Shown one piece after another: positions 29,301 through 38,308 of a stretch of DNA of 64,000 nucleotides. The translations under genes were made by a program, and so were the position numbers. Numbering within the stretch: position 1 is the stretch's first letter; the number at the start of each line of letters is the position of its first letter. The stretch is from NCBI GenBank assembly GCA_964608605.1, contig CAZSOS010000001.1:207452-271451 (forward strand). The letters run 5' to 3'. This DNA comes from an uncultured Candidatus Saccharibacteria bacterium. GTDB taxonomy: Bacteria > Patescibacteriota > Minisyncoccia > Phycocordibacterales > UBA918. The notes beneath the pieces are model-generated. The model was not told where the DNA came from. It made no database searches and saw only the letters and a list, made by a program, of their open reading frames with translations.

Positions 29301-29984
29301 GATGGTGTGGTTACCGACATCCGCCGCGAAGGCAAGGAGAAGGTGATCGTGGTCACTCCGGTCAAGGGCGCCAAGTACGCCAAGAAGACCTCCGACAATC
29401 TGGAATACGAGGTCAACTACCGCCGCGTCGTCACCGTCTCGGTGGGCGAGGAGGTGAAGGCCGGCCAGTTGATGACCGACGGTTCTGCCCACCTGCCGGA
29501 ACTCTTCAAGTACGGTACTCGCGAAATGACCCAGGACTACATCATTTCCGAGATCAACAAGATCTATGAGCTCCAGGGCGTGACCATCGCCCGCAAGCAC
29601 ATCGAGCTGATCGTCAAGCAGATGATGAGCCGCGTGAAGGTTACCGACGCTGGCGACACTCACTTCGCCATTGGCGACGTGGTGGAAGAATGGATCTTCG
29701 CCGAGGCCAACAAGAAGATGAAGGAGGAAGGGAAGGAAGGGGCTAAGGCTGACAAGCTTATCCTTGGTATCACCGAGACCTCGCTGTCCCGCAAGAGCTT
29801 CCTGTCGGCCGCTTCGTTCCAGAACACCACTCGTGTTCTCATCAACGCCGCGGTGAAGGGCAGCCAAGACAACCTCTCCGGACTCATGGAGAACGTCATC
29901 ATCGGCCGCCTCATCCCCGCTGGCTCCGGCTTCAAGGGATCGAAGAAGTACGACATGATCAAGAAGGTATCTGTCGAAGAATAG
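26301..29984 (+). CDS. rpoC: DNA-directed RNA polymerase subunit beta'
   Basis: 1227 aa with zinc finger CSCKKY...CEKCGVE and NADFDGD catalytic motif. Confidence 0.97.
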   Translation: METTNTNSASRPPRRPRTPQQFTGVGLKLASPERILEWSHGEVTKPETINYRTQRPEKHGLFDERIFGPVEDYECSCKKYRGIRYKGIVCEKCGVEITRAIVRRERMGHIDLCVPVSHIWFLRGVPSRIALILGISATDIEKVIYFAGYIVTKVSETERARLLAELSTEFKAKSKELKNEAALLELKERMDEVKKEINSIQQGTVLDENKFHKFSIKYGTLFEAKIGAESVYELFKHIDLKTLEARLVEERETAGAMERAKLDKRLGLVRGMLHSGVRPEWMFLNRLPVIPPALRPMVALEGGRHASSDLNDLYRRVINRNNRLKKLIDIMAPDVILRNEKRILQEAVDALIDNSIRHGNSAYSMMSQAQRRPLKSLSDYLKSKQGYFRQNLLGKRVDYSGRSVIVIGPDLDLDQCGLPKHMALELFRPFVISELLRQELAYNIRGAGRLIEDGVPEVWAILENIIKNKHVMLNRAPTLHRQGIQAFRPVLIEGNAIQVHPLVCRAFNADFDGDQMAVHVPLSEEAQLEAKEIISANKNILKPGSSEPVVSEKLLDMALGAYWMTKIIDGAKGEGKFFASPNDAINAYDYGIIDFRARIKVLATDTDKYKQFDNKIFETSVGRLLFNSVLPSDHSFINDVVVQKTLFNIIIDIIDDRGADAVPPIVDKLKKFGFKYATQSGTTWGIDEVVVPKEKETIIEKARVAEREVFAHYDEGLISRDERRRMIVEIWHRAKSELETILPETLEETGSAFEMWKSGARGSLGQIGQMAGMKGLIVNTRGETLEFPVLSSMKEGMTPIEYFITTHGSRKGLADTALQTAKAGYLTRRLFVVAQDAIVTEEDCKTKQGTKISRVSASGIEIAFSKAIKGRVLVEDAVDAKGNVVFKKGHLLSRRDAVALEGTTCSSVVVRSPMTCATLRGVCQQCYGHDLTTNQIVDIGEAVGTVAAQAIGEPGTQLTMNTKHAGGAASVGGDVTQGLPRVEEVFEKRQPKIPAVVSKTDGVVTDIRREGKEKVIVVTPVKGAKYAKKTSDNLEYEVNYRRVVTVSVGEEVKAGQLMTDGSAHLPELFKYGTREMTQDYIISEINKIYELQGVTIARKHIELIVKQMMSRVKVTDAGDTHFAIGDVVEEWIFAEANKKMKEEGKEGAKADKLILGITETSLSRKSFLSAASFQNTTRVLINAAVKGSQDNLSGLMENVIIGRLIPAGSGFKGSKKYDMIKKVSVEE

Positions 29985-29994
29985 TTAAAAAAAT

Positions 29995-30017
29995 TATACT
30001 AGTCAGACTAGTATAAG
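29995..30017. repeat. 23-bp perfect palindrome TTATACTAGTCAGACTAGTATAA
   Basis: 11 nt after the rpoC stop and just before the terminator at 30027. Confidence 0.7.
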
Positions 30018-30026
30018 AGAAAGAAA

Positions 30027-30060
30027 AAGCGGGCGGCCCCTTCGGGGCCGCCCGCTTTTT
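30027..30060 (+). terminator. intrinsic terminator
   Basis: AAAAAGCGGGCGGCCCCTTCGGGGCCGCCCGCTTTTTT. Confidence 0.8.
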
Positions 30061-30129
30061 TATGTAAATTACCTATAATCAAACCAGACAAAAGAAAACC
30101 CCGGCGATGCCGCCAGGGCTTCGTCGGGG

Positions 30130-30393
30130 TCATGACGCTTGAACATGCGTCTGTTTTTCGGTATCGGCCTTCTCGGATAATTCCTTATCAGTTGCCTTGA
30201 GCAGATCTCCTAGAGCAAGGCCGATCCCAATAGGACCGAGAGCAAGACCCACCAGCATGGAATAGATCAAAGCGAATAGTCTCTCCATAAAGCTTTTCGG
30301 ATTTACCGCTTGCTTTAGATAGCTACCCAAGGCAATGCCACCGATCACTCCGCAAAACAACCATAGAACCCCCACAAGCTCGTTGGCAGTCAT
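30130..30393 (-). CDS. small 2-TM membrane protein (hypothetical)
   Basis: GGAGGA RBS 7 nt before the ATG, two hydrophobic helices, and its own terminator hairpin downstream. Confidence 0.5.
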   Translation of the reverse strand: MTANELVGVLWLFCGVIGGIALGSYLKQAVNPKSFMERLFALIYSMLVGLALGPIGIGLALGDLLKATDKELSEKADTEKQTHVQAS

Positions 30394-30490
30394 TTATTAG
30401 TCCTCCGATCTTTGAATTTACTTGTCCCAAAATAATACAGAATATTATATTAGTCAAGTATACTTTTGCGAGGTAAAATAGAGCCAAACT

Positions 30491-32197
30491 ATGGCTAGTG
30501 ACTCGGTACAACGAATAAAGGAACGGCTCAGCATCGTCGACGTGATCACGCCGTACGTGGAGCTTCATAAGGCTGGGAAGAACTTCAAGGGCAAGTCGCC
30601 GTTCACCGCTGAAAAGACTCCCTCTTTCTACGTGTCACCCGATCGCGGCATGTACTATTGCTTCTCCTCCTCCCAAGGCGGCGACATGTTCACCTTCGTG
30701 GAGAAGATGGAGGGCGTGGACTTCAAGGGCGCTTTGAAGATCCTGGCCGAAAAGGCCGGCGTGGAGCTAGTGCCGGAAGATCCCAAAGCGCGCGACTGGC
30801 GCGACACGCTCTATCAGGCCCTGGAAGAGGCGACCAAGTTCTTCGAGGTCGAACTCACCAAAACCAAAGAGGCGGAGGAATACTTGAAACGGCGCAAGGT
30901 CAACGATGAGACTCGGGCCGGCTGGCGTATCGGCTACGCGCCGAATGATTGGCGGCAATTGAAGGAATATCTAAATAAAAAAGGCTTCGAAGATAAGGTC
31001 CTACTGGAAGCCGGGCTGATCAAGCAGGCGGATCAAGGAAAGCAGCCGTACGATGTGTTCCGTGATCGGGTGATGTTTCCGATCCGCGACCCGTCCGGGC
31101 GAGTTATTGGCTTTTCCGGCCGCATCTTAAGCAAGGACAGCGAGGCCCCGAAGTATGTGAACAGCCCGGAGACTCAGCTATTCAACAAATCTGAAGCACT
31201 CTTTGGCTACGACAAGGCCAAGCACGGTATCCACAAGCTCGACTTCTCATTGATCGTGGAAGGACAGTTCGACGTGGTGCTGTCGCATCAAGCCGGCTAC
31301 AAGAACACGGTGGCCGTCTCCGGCACGGCGCTGACGCCAGCGCATGTCTCGCTCCTCCAGCGACTCTCCAACCGCGTGGTCTTGGCGCTCGACTCCGACC
31401 GCGCCGGGGTAGCTGCCGTGAAGCGGGCGGCCGAGCTGATGCTGGCCCGCGGCATCGACCTCAAGGTCGCCCGTTTGCACGGCGGCAAAGACCCGGCCGA
31501 CCTGGTGGCCGAAGACCCATCTCTATTAAAGAAAGACATCAAGGAGGCCAAGCACGTCATCGAATTTCTGCTCGACCTGCTCAAGGAAGAGTCGGGCGAC
31601 GCGCGCAAGTTCAAACTGCGGGCGAGGGACGAGATACTGCCGTACCTGCTGCAGATCGAAAGCCACATCGAACGAGAACACTTTGCCGGTATCGTGGCCG
31701 ATGCCATTGAGACCAACATCGAGTCGGTGCGTCTCGAGTTGGCCCGCCTCGAAACGACCAAAGCCAAAGAAGGGGAGCGCCAGCTTCGCGAGCCACAGCC
31801 GGAGACGGCCAAGCCGTCTCCGGCTCCGTCCGGCCGCAAAGAAAACGTACTGGGATACCTTTCGGTCATCGAGGACATATTAGAAGGGGAGGAGAAGTCG
31901 GCCGTGCGCGAGCAGTTCATCACCGTCGTCGGCGAAGCACCAGACGTTATTCGGACCTCACTGCCATCAGAATTGGTCAGCCAACTGATCTTCAAATTGG
32001 AAACCCACGTGTCCGAAAATCGACCCAAGGTCGTCCGCGAGGAATGGGAAGGGAAGATGCGGGAACTCAACGAGCTGCTGGTGAAAGAGCGGATGATGGC
32101 CAGCAGAGCGGCGCTCATCGAAGCCGAACAAAAGGGAGACGAAGAGGAGGTGCGTCGACTGCTGTCCCAGCTAGACGAGTTGAAGAAGCGGTTATAG
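30491..32197 (+). CDS. dnaG: DNA primase
   Basis: TOPRIM domain and primase core. The zinc-binding motif is degenerate: SPFT...CFSSS instead of CPFH...CFGCG. Confidence 0.9.
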   Translation: MASDSVQRIKERLSIVDVITPYVELHKAGKNFKGKSPFTAEKTPSFYVSPDRGMYYCFSSSQGGDMFTFVEKMEGVDFKGALKILAEKAGVELVPEDPKARDWRDTLYQALEEATKFFEVELTKTKEAEEYLKRRKVNDETRAGWRIGYAPNDWRQLKEYLNKKGFEDKVLLEAGLIKQADQGKQPYDVFRDRVMFPIRDPSGRVIGFSGRILSKDSEAPKYVNSPETQLFNKSEALFGYDKAKHGIHKLDFSLIVEGQFDVVLSHQAGYKNTVAVSGTALTPAHVSLLQRLSNRVVLALDSDRAGVAAVKRAAELMLARGIDLKVARLHGGKDPADLVAEDPSLLKKDIKEAKHVIEFLLDLLKEESGDARKFKLRARDEILPYLLQIESHIEREHFAGIVADAIETNIESVRLELARLETTKAKEGERQLREPQPETAKPSPAPSGRKENVLGYLSVIEDILEGEEKSAVREQFITVVGEAPDVIRTSLPSELVSQLIFKLETHVSENRPKVVREEWEGKMRELNELLVKERMMASRAALIEAEQKGDEEEVRRLLSQLDELKKRL

Positions 32198-32272
32198 GCT
32201 CCGGAAGCTCTCCGTGTTATACCCAACGGCTCATTGACTAAACCGTTGAATAATGTATAGTTGCGGAACCGT

Positions 32273-33586
32273 ATGGTTGCGAAAAAGAAAAAAGCAACGA
32301 AGAAGGTAAAGAAGGCGACCAAAAAAGTCGTCAAGAAAGCAGCAAAAAAAACGGCCAAAAAGACTCCGACCAAGCGAGTCACGGCATCAAAAAAGAAAGC
32401 TGCGAAGAAGCCGGCGGTGAAGAAGGTCCAGAAGGCCATCAAAAGACCCGCCAAAAAAGTTACCAAGAAGACTCCCAAAGCCGCGCCGAAGGCGACGCCC
32501 AAACAGACCAAATTCACTCGCGAACGCGAGACCAAAGCGGCCGACCTAATGAAGATCGGCCGTGATCGCGGATACGTCACTTATGACGATATCCTAAAAT
32601 ACTTTCCGACCATAGAAAGGGACGTGGAATTCCTGGAAGAGCTCTACGATCGCCTGCATATCGCCAACGTCGACGTGCTCCAAAGCGGCGGTCTCTTATC
32701 CGATGACCGCAGCGAAGAGCTGTTGGCCCAGAAGAACGCCTACAAGCGCGGTGAATCGAGCTACGACTCGATCCAGATGTACCTGCGCGAGATCGGCCAG
32801 TACCCACTACTGACCGCCATGGAGGAGCGTACCCTGGCTAAGCGCATCGTGGACGGCGACGATGAGGCGCGAAACCTGTTGGCGCGCGCCAACCTGCGCC
32901 TGGTGGTATCGATCGCCAAGAAGTACGTGGGCCGGTCACCCGACCTGACGCTCTTGGACCTCATCCAGGAAGGCAACCTGGGCCTTTTCAAGGCGGTCGA
33001 CAAGTTCGACTTCACCAAGGGCTTCAAGTTCTCCACTTACGCCACCTGGTGGATCCGCCAGGCTATCACTCGCGCCTTGGCCGACCAGTCGCGCACCATC
33101 CGCATCCCGGTCCACATGGTGGAGACCATGGCCAAGTACAAGCAGGTCTCGCGCCGCCTGGCGCAGGACCTGGGCCGCGATCCGATGCCGGAAGAGATCG
33201 CCACCGAAATGGGCATCGAAGTGGAGAAGGTCTATCAGATCGAGAAGATCAGCCAGGACACCATCTCGCTCGAACTGCCGGTGGGCGACGACGACGACCG
33301 CTCGCGGCTTTCGGACTTCATCGCCGACGACAAGATCACGGCGCCCGACCAAGAGGTAGCGCACAGCATCCTGACCGACCAGATCCTAGAGATACTGGAC
33401 ACTTTGTCGGAAAAGGAACGCAAGATCCTCGAGATGCGCCACGGGCTCATCGACGGCACGTACCACACCCTGGAGGAGGTGGGCGCCGAGTTCGGGGTCA
33501 CCCGCGAGCGCATCCGCCAGATCGAAGCCAAAGCGCTCGAAAAGATCCGCCAGCACGAGAAGGCCCGCCGACTGAAGAGTTACTAA
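32273..33586 (+). CDS. rpoD: RNA polymerase sigma-70 factor with N-terminal Lys/Ala-rich histone H1-like tail
   Basis: Regions 1.2, 2, 3 and 4 are conserved ([43 protein letters not shown]). A ~85-aa (A/T)KK(K) repeat tail precedes them. Confidence 0.93.
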   Translation: MVAKKKKATKKVKKATKKVVKKAAKKTAKKTPTKRVTASKKKAAKKPAVKKVQKAIKRPAKKVTKKTPKAAPKATPKQTKFTRERETKAADLMKIGRDRGYVTYDDILKYFPTIERDVEFLEELYDRLHIANVDVLQSGGLLSDDRSEELLAQKNAYKRGESSYDSIQMYLREIGQYPLLTAMEERTLAKRIVDGDDEARNLLARANLRLVVSIAKKYVGRSPDLTLLDLIQEGNLGLFKAVDKFDFTKGFKFSTYATWWIRQAITRALADQSRTIRIPVHMVETMAKYKQVSRRLAQDLGRDPMPEEIATEMGIEVEKVYQIEKISQDTISLELPVGDDDDRSRLSDFIADDKITAPDQEVAHSILTDQILEILDTLSEKERKILEMRHGLIDGTYHTLEEVGAEFGVTRERIRQIEAKALEKIRQHEKARRLKSY

Positions 33587-33599
33587 TATGAACATGATA

Positions 33600-33640
33600 A
33601 AAGGCCGGAGACGCTATCGCGTCTCCGGCCTTTTGCTGAC
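33600..33640 (+). terminator. intrinsic terminator
   Basis: AAAAGGCCGGAGACGCTATCGCGTCTCCGGCCTTTTG. Confidence 0.75.
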
Positions 33641-33646
33641 CACCGG

Positions 33647-33762
33647 TTAATGGAACTGGAACGAGCCAGCGCGCTCGAAAACAGGGAACGCGTGATGCGC
33701 GCCGATACCCCAGAGCACTGAGAGCGCGAACGTCCAAGCACCGATCTTCTGCACCATCGTCA
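33647..33762 (-). CDS. 38-aa hydrophobic peptide (hypothetical)
   Basis: GGAGGTG RBS 4 nt before the ATG. Sequence MTMVQKIGAWTFALSVLWGIGAHH. Not in the ORF track. Confidence 0.25.
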
Positions 33763-33814
33763 TGGAACACCTCCGTAAATCAGCGGACAATCTACCACGA
33801 AATCGGTCGGCTTG

Positions 33815-35509
33815 TTAAGTGGTTAGTCCGATAGACTTAAGAGCCTCCTCGGTCCGAGCGGTGAAACGGCCAGACTCTTTGACGCGGGTAAACTGCGGCA
33901 GCTCTTGAAGCTCATGCCACACCTGCTCGCTGGCAGAAGAGACGTACACCTTCTTGCCGCGCCGTTCCAGCTCTTCGACAGCCTCGCCCAGCATTTCCTG
34001 ACCTTCGAAATCAGCGGCCAAAAGACCCCGCAGGCGAATGATGACATACTCCACGTTCTCAGCGCGGGCGATGCGGCGGAAGTTGTCAGCGTGACGGCCG
34101 CTATCGACGTAACCCAAAAGACCGGAGATGCTGTAAGTCAGAATCTTGATCGATCGATCAGACGGGATCTGGAGACTCTTGGCTCCGCGGACGGCAGACT
34201 TCGAGCCGTCAACGTAATTGAAGACGGCGTCGAAGCGACCGCGGCTCACCTGATCGGTGAACCAGAAGAGGGCCATGACGGCTCCCAAGACCACTGCAAT
34301 GCCAGCGTCCTCGAAGACCGTTACCAGAACCACCGTGATGGCGATGACGAAGCTGGGTTTTTCGGAAACGTAGAATTCCTTGAACTTGTCCACCTCAATT
34401 AGACCAAGTGCGGTGTTGACCAGAATGGCGGCGATGACCACCATCGGTATATAGATGAAAAGCGGTAGCACGATCACGGCTACTACGGCAGTGGCCACGG
34501 CGGCCACGGCGGCCGACATCTTGTGGGTGGCGCCAGCCTTGATGTTGGCTCCGGTGCGAATGAAGACACCCGTGGCTGGCAAACCGCCCATGGCGCCGGA
34601 ACCGAGATTCGCTAACGCCAGGCCAAAAAGCTCCTTGCGGCTGGACGACTGCGTCTTGGTGATCTTGTCGGCGATCTTAGCGGTGATAAGGGTCTCCAAG
34701 ACCGCGATAAGAGCGATGGTACCGGCTACCTTGAAGAGCCAAACTATCATTTCACCATCGGACAGTATCCGCGAAAGAGCGTCCCAGGCCACCGGCATCA
34801 TGAGGGCGCCCGATACCGAACCGAACTTATCGCCAAGCGATATCAACCCTAGATCCAGATACTGCGATTCGAAGTAACCAAAGAGGATACCGACGACCGA
34901 GATCGGGATGACCGCCGGGAGCGCCTTGATGTAGCGTTTCCAGATCAGAATGGCCGCCAGGAAGACCGCGAAGACGACGACCGACTCCAGGTGAGTCTCC
35001 GCCGCGTGAGCCACGTATAGCTTGATATCACCAAGGAAATGGCCGGTGCGCTTGAGAGCCGAGAGGCCGGTGGCGTCAAACAGCTGCGAAGCGGCTATCA
35101 GGAAGGCTACGCCGGCGGCGAAACCGTACATCACCGAAGAAGGAATGAAATAAAGATACTTATCCAAACCCAAAAGCCAGATGAGCAGGATCAAAAAACC
35201 GGTGGCTAGCGCCAGAAGCGGCAGCACGGCGGCTCCCAGGCCTAAGGGCGCGGCCAAAGTAGCGGCGAAAAGGACGGTCGTCAAAGCGCCGGCGGCGCCG
35301 ATGATGTTGTAGTTGTTGCCGCCGAAGATGCTGGCGATCAAGGTGGCCCAGATGCCGGTAATAAGACCAGGGATCGGACCAGCGCCCGAAGCGATCGAGA
35401 GCGCGATCGAGAGCGGCACGGAAATGAGCGCCACCGTCAGTCCGGCGCGCCAGTTCTGCTTTATCAGTTCGGAAATTTGGGCTGGATTGGGAATGGAAAA
35501 GGATTTCAT
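33815..35509 (-). CDS. SulP-family anion permease with C-terminal STAS domain
   Basis: Likely start MKSFSIPNP. Multiple TM segments with the SulP signature, and a STAS domain at the C-terminus. Confidence 0.85.
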   Translation of the reverse strand: MKSFSIPNPAQISELIKQNWRAGLTVALISVPLSIALSIASGAGPIPGLITGIWATLIASIFGGNNYNIIGAAGALTTVLFAATLAAPLGLGAAVLPLLALATGFLILLIWLLGLDKYLYFIPSSVMYGFAAGVAFLIAASQLFDATGLSALKRTGHFLGDIKLYVAHAAETHLESVVVFAVFLAAILIWKRYIKALPAVIPISVVGILFGYFESQYLDLGLISLGDKFGSVSGALMMPVAWDALSRILSDGEMIVWLFKVAGTIALIAVLETLITAKIADKITKTQSSSRKELFGLALANLGSGAMGGLPATGVFIRTGANIKAGATHKMSAAVAAVATAVVAVIVLPLFIYIPMVVIAAILVNTALGLIEVDKFKEFYVSEKPSFVIAITVVLVTVFEDAGIAVVLGAVMALFWFTDQVSRGRFDAVFNYVDGSKSAVRGAKSLQIPSDRSIKILTYSISGLLGYVDSGRHADNFRRIARAENVEYVIIRLRGLLAADFEGQEMLGEAVEELERRGKKVYVSSASEQVWHELQELPQFTRVKESGRFTARTEEALKSIGLTT

Positions 35510-35586
35510 GGCGCGTTGATTAATTTTATAAGAAGATCCCCCGGATCCCTGGACATGGTCCAAGGATCCGGGGGCAGCGAGCGGCC

Positions 35587-36270
35587 TTAGGCCGCGACGC
35601 GGTTTGCCGATCTTTCGACGAGACGTTCTCCGATCATATCGACGACGGAGTTGAATATCTCGTCCAGGAAACGATAAGGCTCGAAGATGACGCCCACCTG
35701 GCCGGTTTCCGGCTTGAAGTAGTCGGTGATGATGCGTTCCTCCTTGCGAATGAAAGCATGGCACTTCTCGACTGACAGATCCGGCATCTCGCGTTGCAAG
35801 TAGTCGGTCATGGCGTCGATATCGGAACGCGTGATGAAGTACTCGGGTGGGCTGATGCCCTGCTCGAGAACCCGCAGCCTGACCAGGCCGTGATGCATGC
35901 TGATCGCCGCTTCGTCATCCTCCCGGTTCTCGCCGATGACCGCGGTGGCGTAGAGCACGCCATTGAGGCCATACCCATCGACCACCACGACGTCATGCGC
36001 GCGCAAAGCCGGCAGCAGCCGCTTCATGTTGAACTCGTTGAGCATCTTCCAACAGTCGATGAGCCGACTGGTGGGCTCGAGCTCGCGCTCTTGGTGCGCC
36101 CACAACAGCGGGTGCGGCAGGGCGCCGAACGGGTCCTCAAAAAAGGCGAATGTGTGATCCCTGAAAATTCCAGGGAGCGCAGATTCGAGTCTCTTGAAGA
36201 GTCGGGTGCGGCCAGAACCCCTCATGCCGGAAATGGCGAAAAAAGAACAATTATTCCCCGACAATGTCAA
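35587..36270 (-). CDS. thymidylate kinase-like P-loop protein with atypical catalytic motifs
   Basis: The layout aligns to Tmk (P-loop, REPGG-like EDPFG, DRY-like DGY), but P-loop Lys is Arg (GMRGSGRT) and DRY Arg is Gly. TTG start is uncertain (the SD abuts it). Confidence 0.5.
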   Translation of the reverse strand: MTLSGNNCSFFAISGMRGSGRTRLFKRLESALPGIFRDHTFAFFEDPFGALPHPLLWAHQERELEPTSRLIDCWKMLNEFNMKRLLPALRAHDVVVVDGYGLNGVLYATAVIGENREDDEAAISMHHGLVRLRVLEQGISPPEYFITRSDIDAMTDYLQREMPDLSVEKCHAFIRKEERIITDYFKPETGQVGVIFEPYRFLDEIFNSVVDMIGERLVERSANRVAA

Positions 36271-36418
36271 CCTCCTTGGGTTTGTCGTGATTCTGTCGAT
36301 ACCTTTCGGTACCGACGGTGAAGAATGATACTCTTCTCAGCGCCGCTGTCAAAGGCGGTTGTGCACAACCCTGCCAATACCCTGGCCAAAAAAGTAGCGC
36401 GGACTGGGTGTTATAATC

Positions 36419-36871
36419 ATGAACATGAAACACCAAGCCTCGAAGTCCGTGGTGGTGGCCGGGATCATCACCGATGAACAGGATCGAGTCCTGATAGTCA
36501 GGCCCGCCCATAAGGATGGTTGGATATTCCCAGGCGGGTACGTGGAAGTAGGGGAAGCGCCCAGCGAGGCCTTCGAACGAGAGATGGAAGCCGAACTGGG
36601 AACGAAGCCCGCGCGGCTGCCGCGGCTTCTAAGCATCGATTACCGCGGCGATAACGAAGAGTACGTGATGTTCTTGTTCGACGGCGGTGTCTTCACGGCT
36701 GATATGATCGGTAGTATAGTGTTGCCTCCGGGTTTGCTGGAACATAGGTTCGTCACCCCGGAAGAAGCTTTAACAATGCTGCGTCCGAACAGCGCCCGAC
36801 GTCTCTTGCCCACGCTCGAGGCTCGCTCGCGTACCGGTATCGCGTATCTGGAAAATCAAGAACTCCTGTAA
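36419..36871 (+). CDS. Nudix hydrolase
   Basis: Canonical Nudix box GGYVEVGEAPSEAFEREMEAELG. Confidence 0.85.
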   Translation: MNMKHQASKSVVVAGIITDEQDRVLIVRPAHKDGWIFPGGYVEVGEAPSEAFEREMEAELGTKPARLPRLLSIDYRGDNEEYVMFLFDGGVFTADMIGSIVLPPGLLEHRFVTPEEALTMLRPNSARRLLPTLEARSRTGIAYLENQELL

Positions 36872-36975
36872 GTCGTTTCGATAATTGATAACGTATCGAA
36901 TGGGTTTGTGGGTGTTTTTGCCTTCTGGGCGAATAATCTAATCAAGACTCGAAAGTCTATAAACGATCAAATCTT

Positions 36976-38247
36976 ATGGCAGTCATAGCTGGCATCATCT
37001 TCGTGGTGGGTTACGTCCTGATCACGCTCGAGCATAGTTGGAAGATAAACAAGTCCGTGACGGCTACCGCCTTAGCGGCCATCTTATGGGCCCTGATAGC
37101 CTTCTCTGGCATAGACGCGCACATGGTCGAAGAAGAGCTGCATCATATTTCCGGTGAGACTTTTTCTCTGGTGGTGTTCCTGCTGGCGGCCATGACCCTG
37201 GTGGAGATACTGGTCCACTACCGTTTCTTCGATCTCCTGCGATCCAAACTCTTCGCGCTTGGACTCCAGGACACCGGTCAGCTGGTATTGATATCGATCA
37301 TTACTTTCTGTCTGTCAGCCATCATCGATAACCTCACCACGACCATCGTGATGATCCAGATCGCTCGTCGATTCTTTAAAGGAACTAACCTGCTGGTGGC
37401 GGCCGGATCCATCGTGGTGGCCGCCAATGCCGGGGGCGCGTTCTCACCGGTCGGCGACGTTACCACCATCATGATCTGGCTGGCAGGTAAATTTACCGCT
37501 TGGCAGGTGATGTTATGGGGGATACTGCCGTCAATAACCATCACCGGAGTGGCCACGTATCTATTCACCCGGCAAATTACTGGCACCACCGACGATGAAC
37601 GTCCCACGGACGAAGTCGTGAACTTGAATCTGTCAGACAAGGTCGTCATAGCCATGTCCTTTGGATCTTTCGGGCTGCCGCTCATGGCTCACCTAGCCGG
37701 ACTGCCACCTTTCATGGGTCTTTTATTCGGCGTCGGTCTGGTCGGTCTGACGATCGGTCTCTTCGCCAACGCTGGAAAGCGGCGCGAATCACATCTATCC
37801 ATGGAGATCGAGAAACTACTTGGCCGTGTCGACATCACCAGTCTGCTATTCTTCATCGGTATCTTGTTCGCGGTCGGCGCGCTGGGATTCCTGGGAATAC
37901 TGGATAACATCTCGCAGACCCTGTTCGGTGAAGACCCGTCTGATCTTCGTTTGATCGCCGGCAGCGTGCTTCTAGGAGCTTTTTCAGCGCTGGTCGATAA
38001 CATCCCCCTGACTGCCGCAGCCTTGGACATCCTTCAAACCACGGACTTCCGTCTATGGGTTTTGTTGGCCCTTTGCGTCGGCACGGGCGGTTCGATGCTG
38101 ATCATTGGTTCGGCGGCGGGAGTGGTCGCCATGGGCATGGTCAAGGAGCTGACCTTCAAGCAGTTTCTTAAGATCGCCACCATCCCCGCCGCCCTTGGAT
38201 ACGTAGCGGGTATCAGCGTGTGGTACGTCCAGTATCTAGTGCTTTAA
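36976..38247 (+). CDS. ArsB/NhaD-superfamily ion transporter permease
   Basis: 423 aa with ~10-12 TM segments and an internal repeat typical of the ion transporter (IT) superfamily. Confidence 0.7.
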   Translation: MAVIAGIIFVVGYVLITLEHSWKINKSVTATALAAILWALIAFSGIDAHMVEEELHHISGETFSLVVFLLAAMTLVEILVHYRFFDLLRSKLFALGLQDTGQLVLISIITFCLSAIIDNLTTTIVMIQIARRFFKGTNLLVAAGSIVVAANAGGAFSPVGDVTTIMIWLAGKFTAWQVMLWGILPSITITGVATYLFTRQITGTTDDERPTDEVVNLNLSDKVVIAMSFGSFGLPLMAHLAGLPPFMGLLFGVGLVGLTIGLFANAGKRRESHLSMEIEKLLGRVDITSLLFFIGILFAVGALGFLGILDNISQTLFGEDPSDLRLIAGSVLLGAFSALVDNIPLTAAALDILQTTDFRLWVLLALCVGTGGSMLIIGSAAGVVAMGMVKELTFKQFLKIATIPAALGYVAGISVWYVQYLVL

Positions 38248-38308
38248 GGATCGACACTGTCGTTTCGGGACGACTACCAGACGGCTTAATTTGTTATACT
38301 GACCCAAT

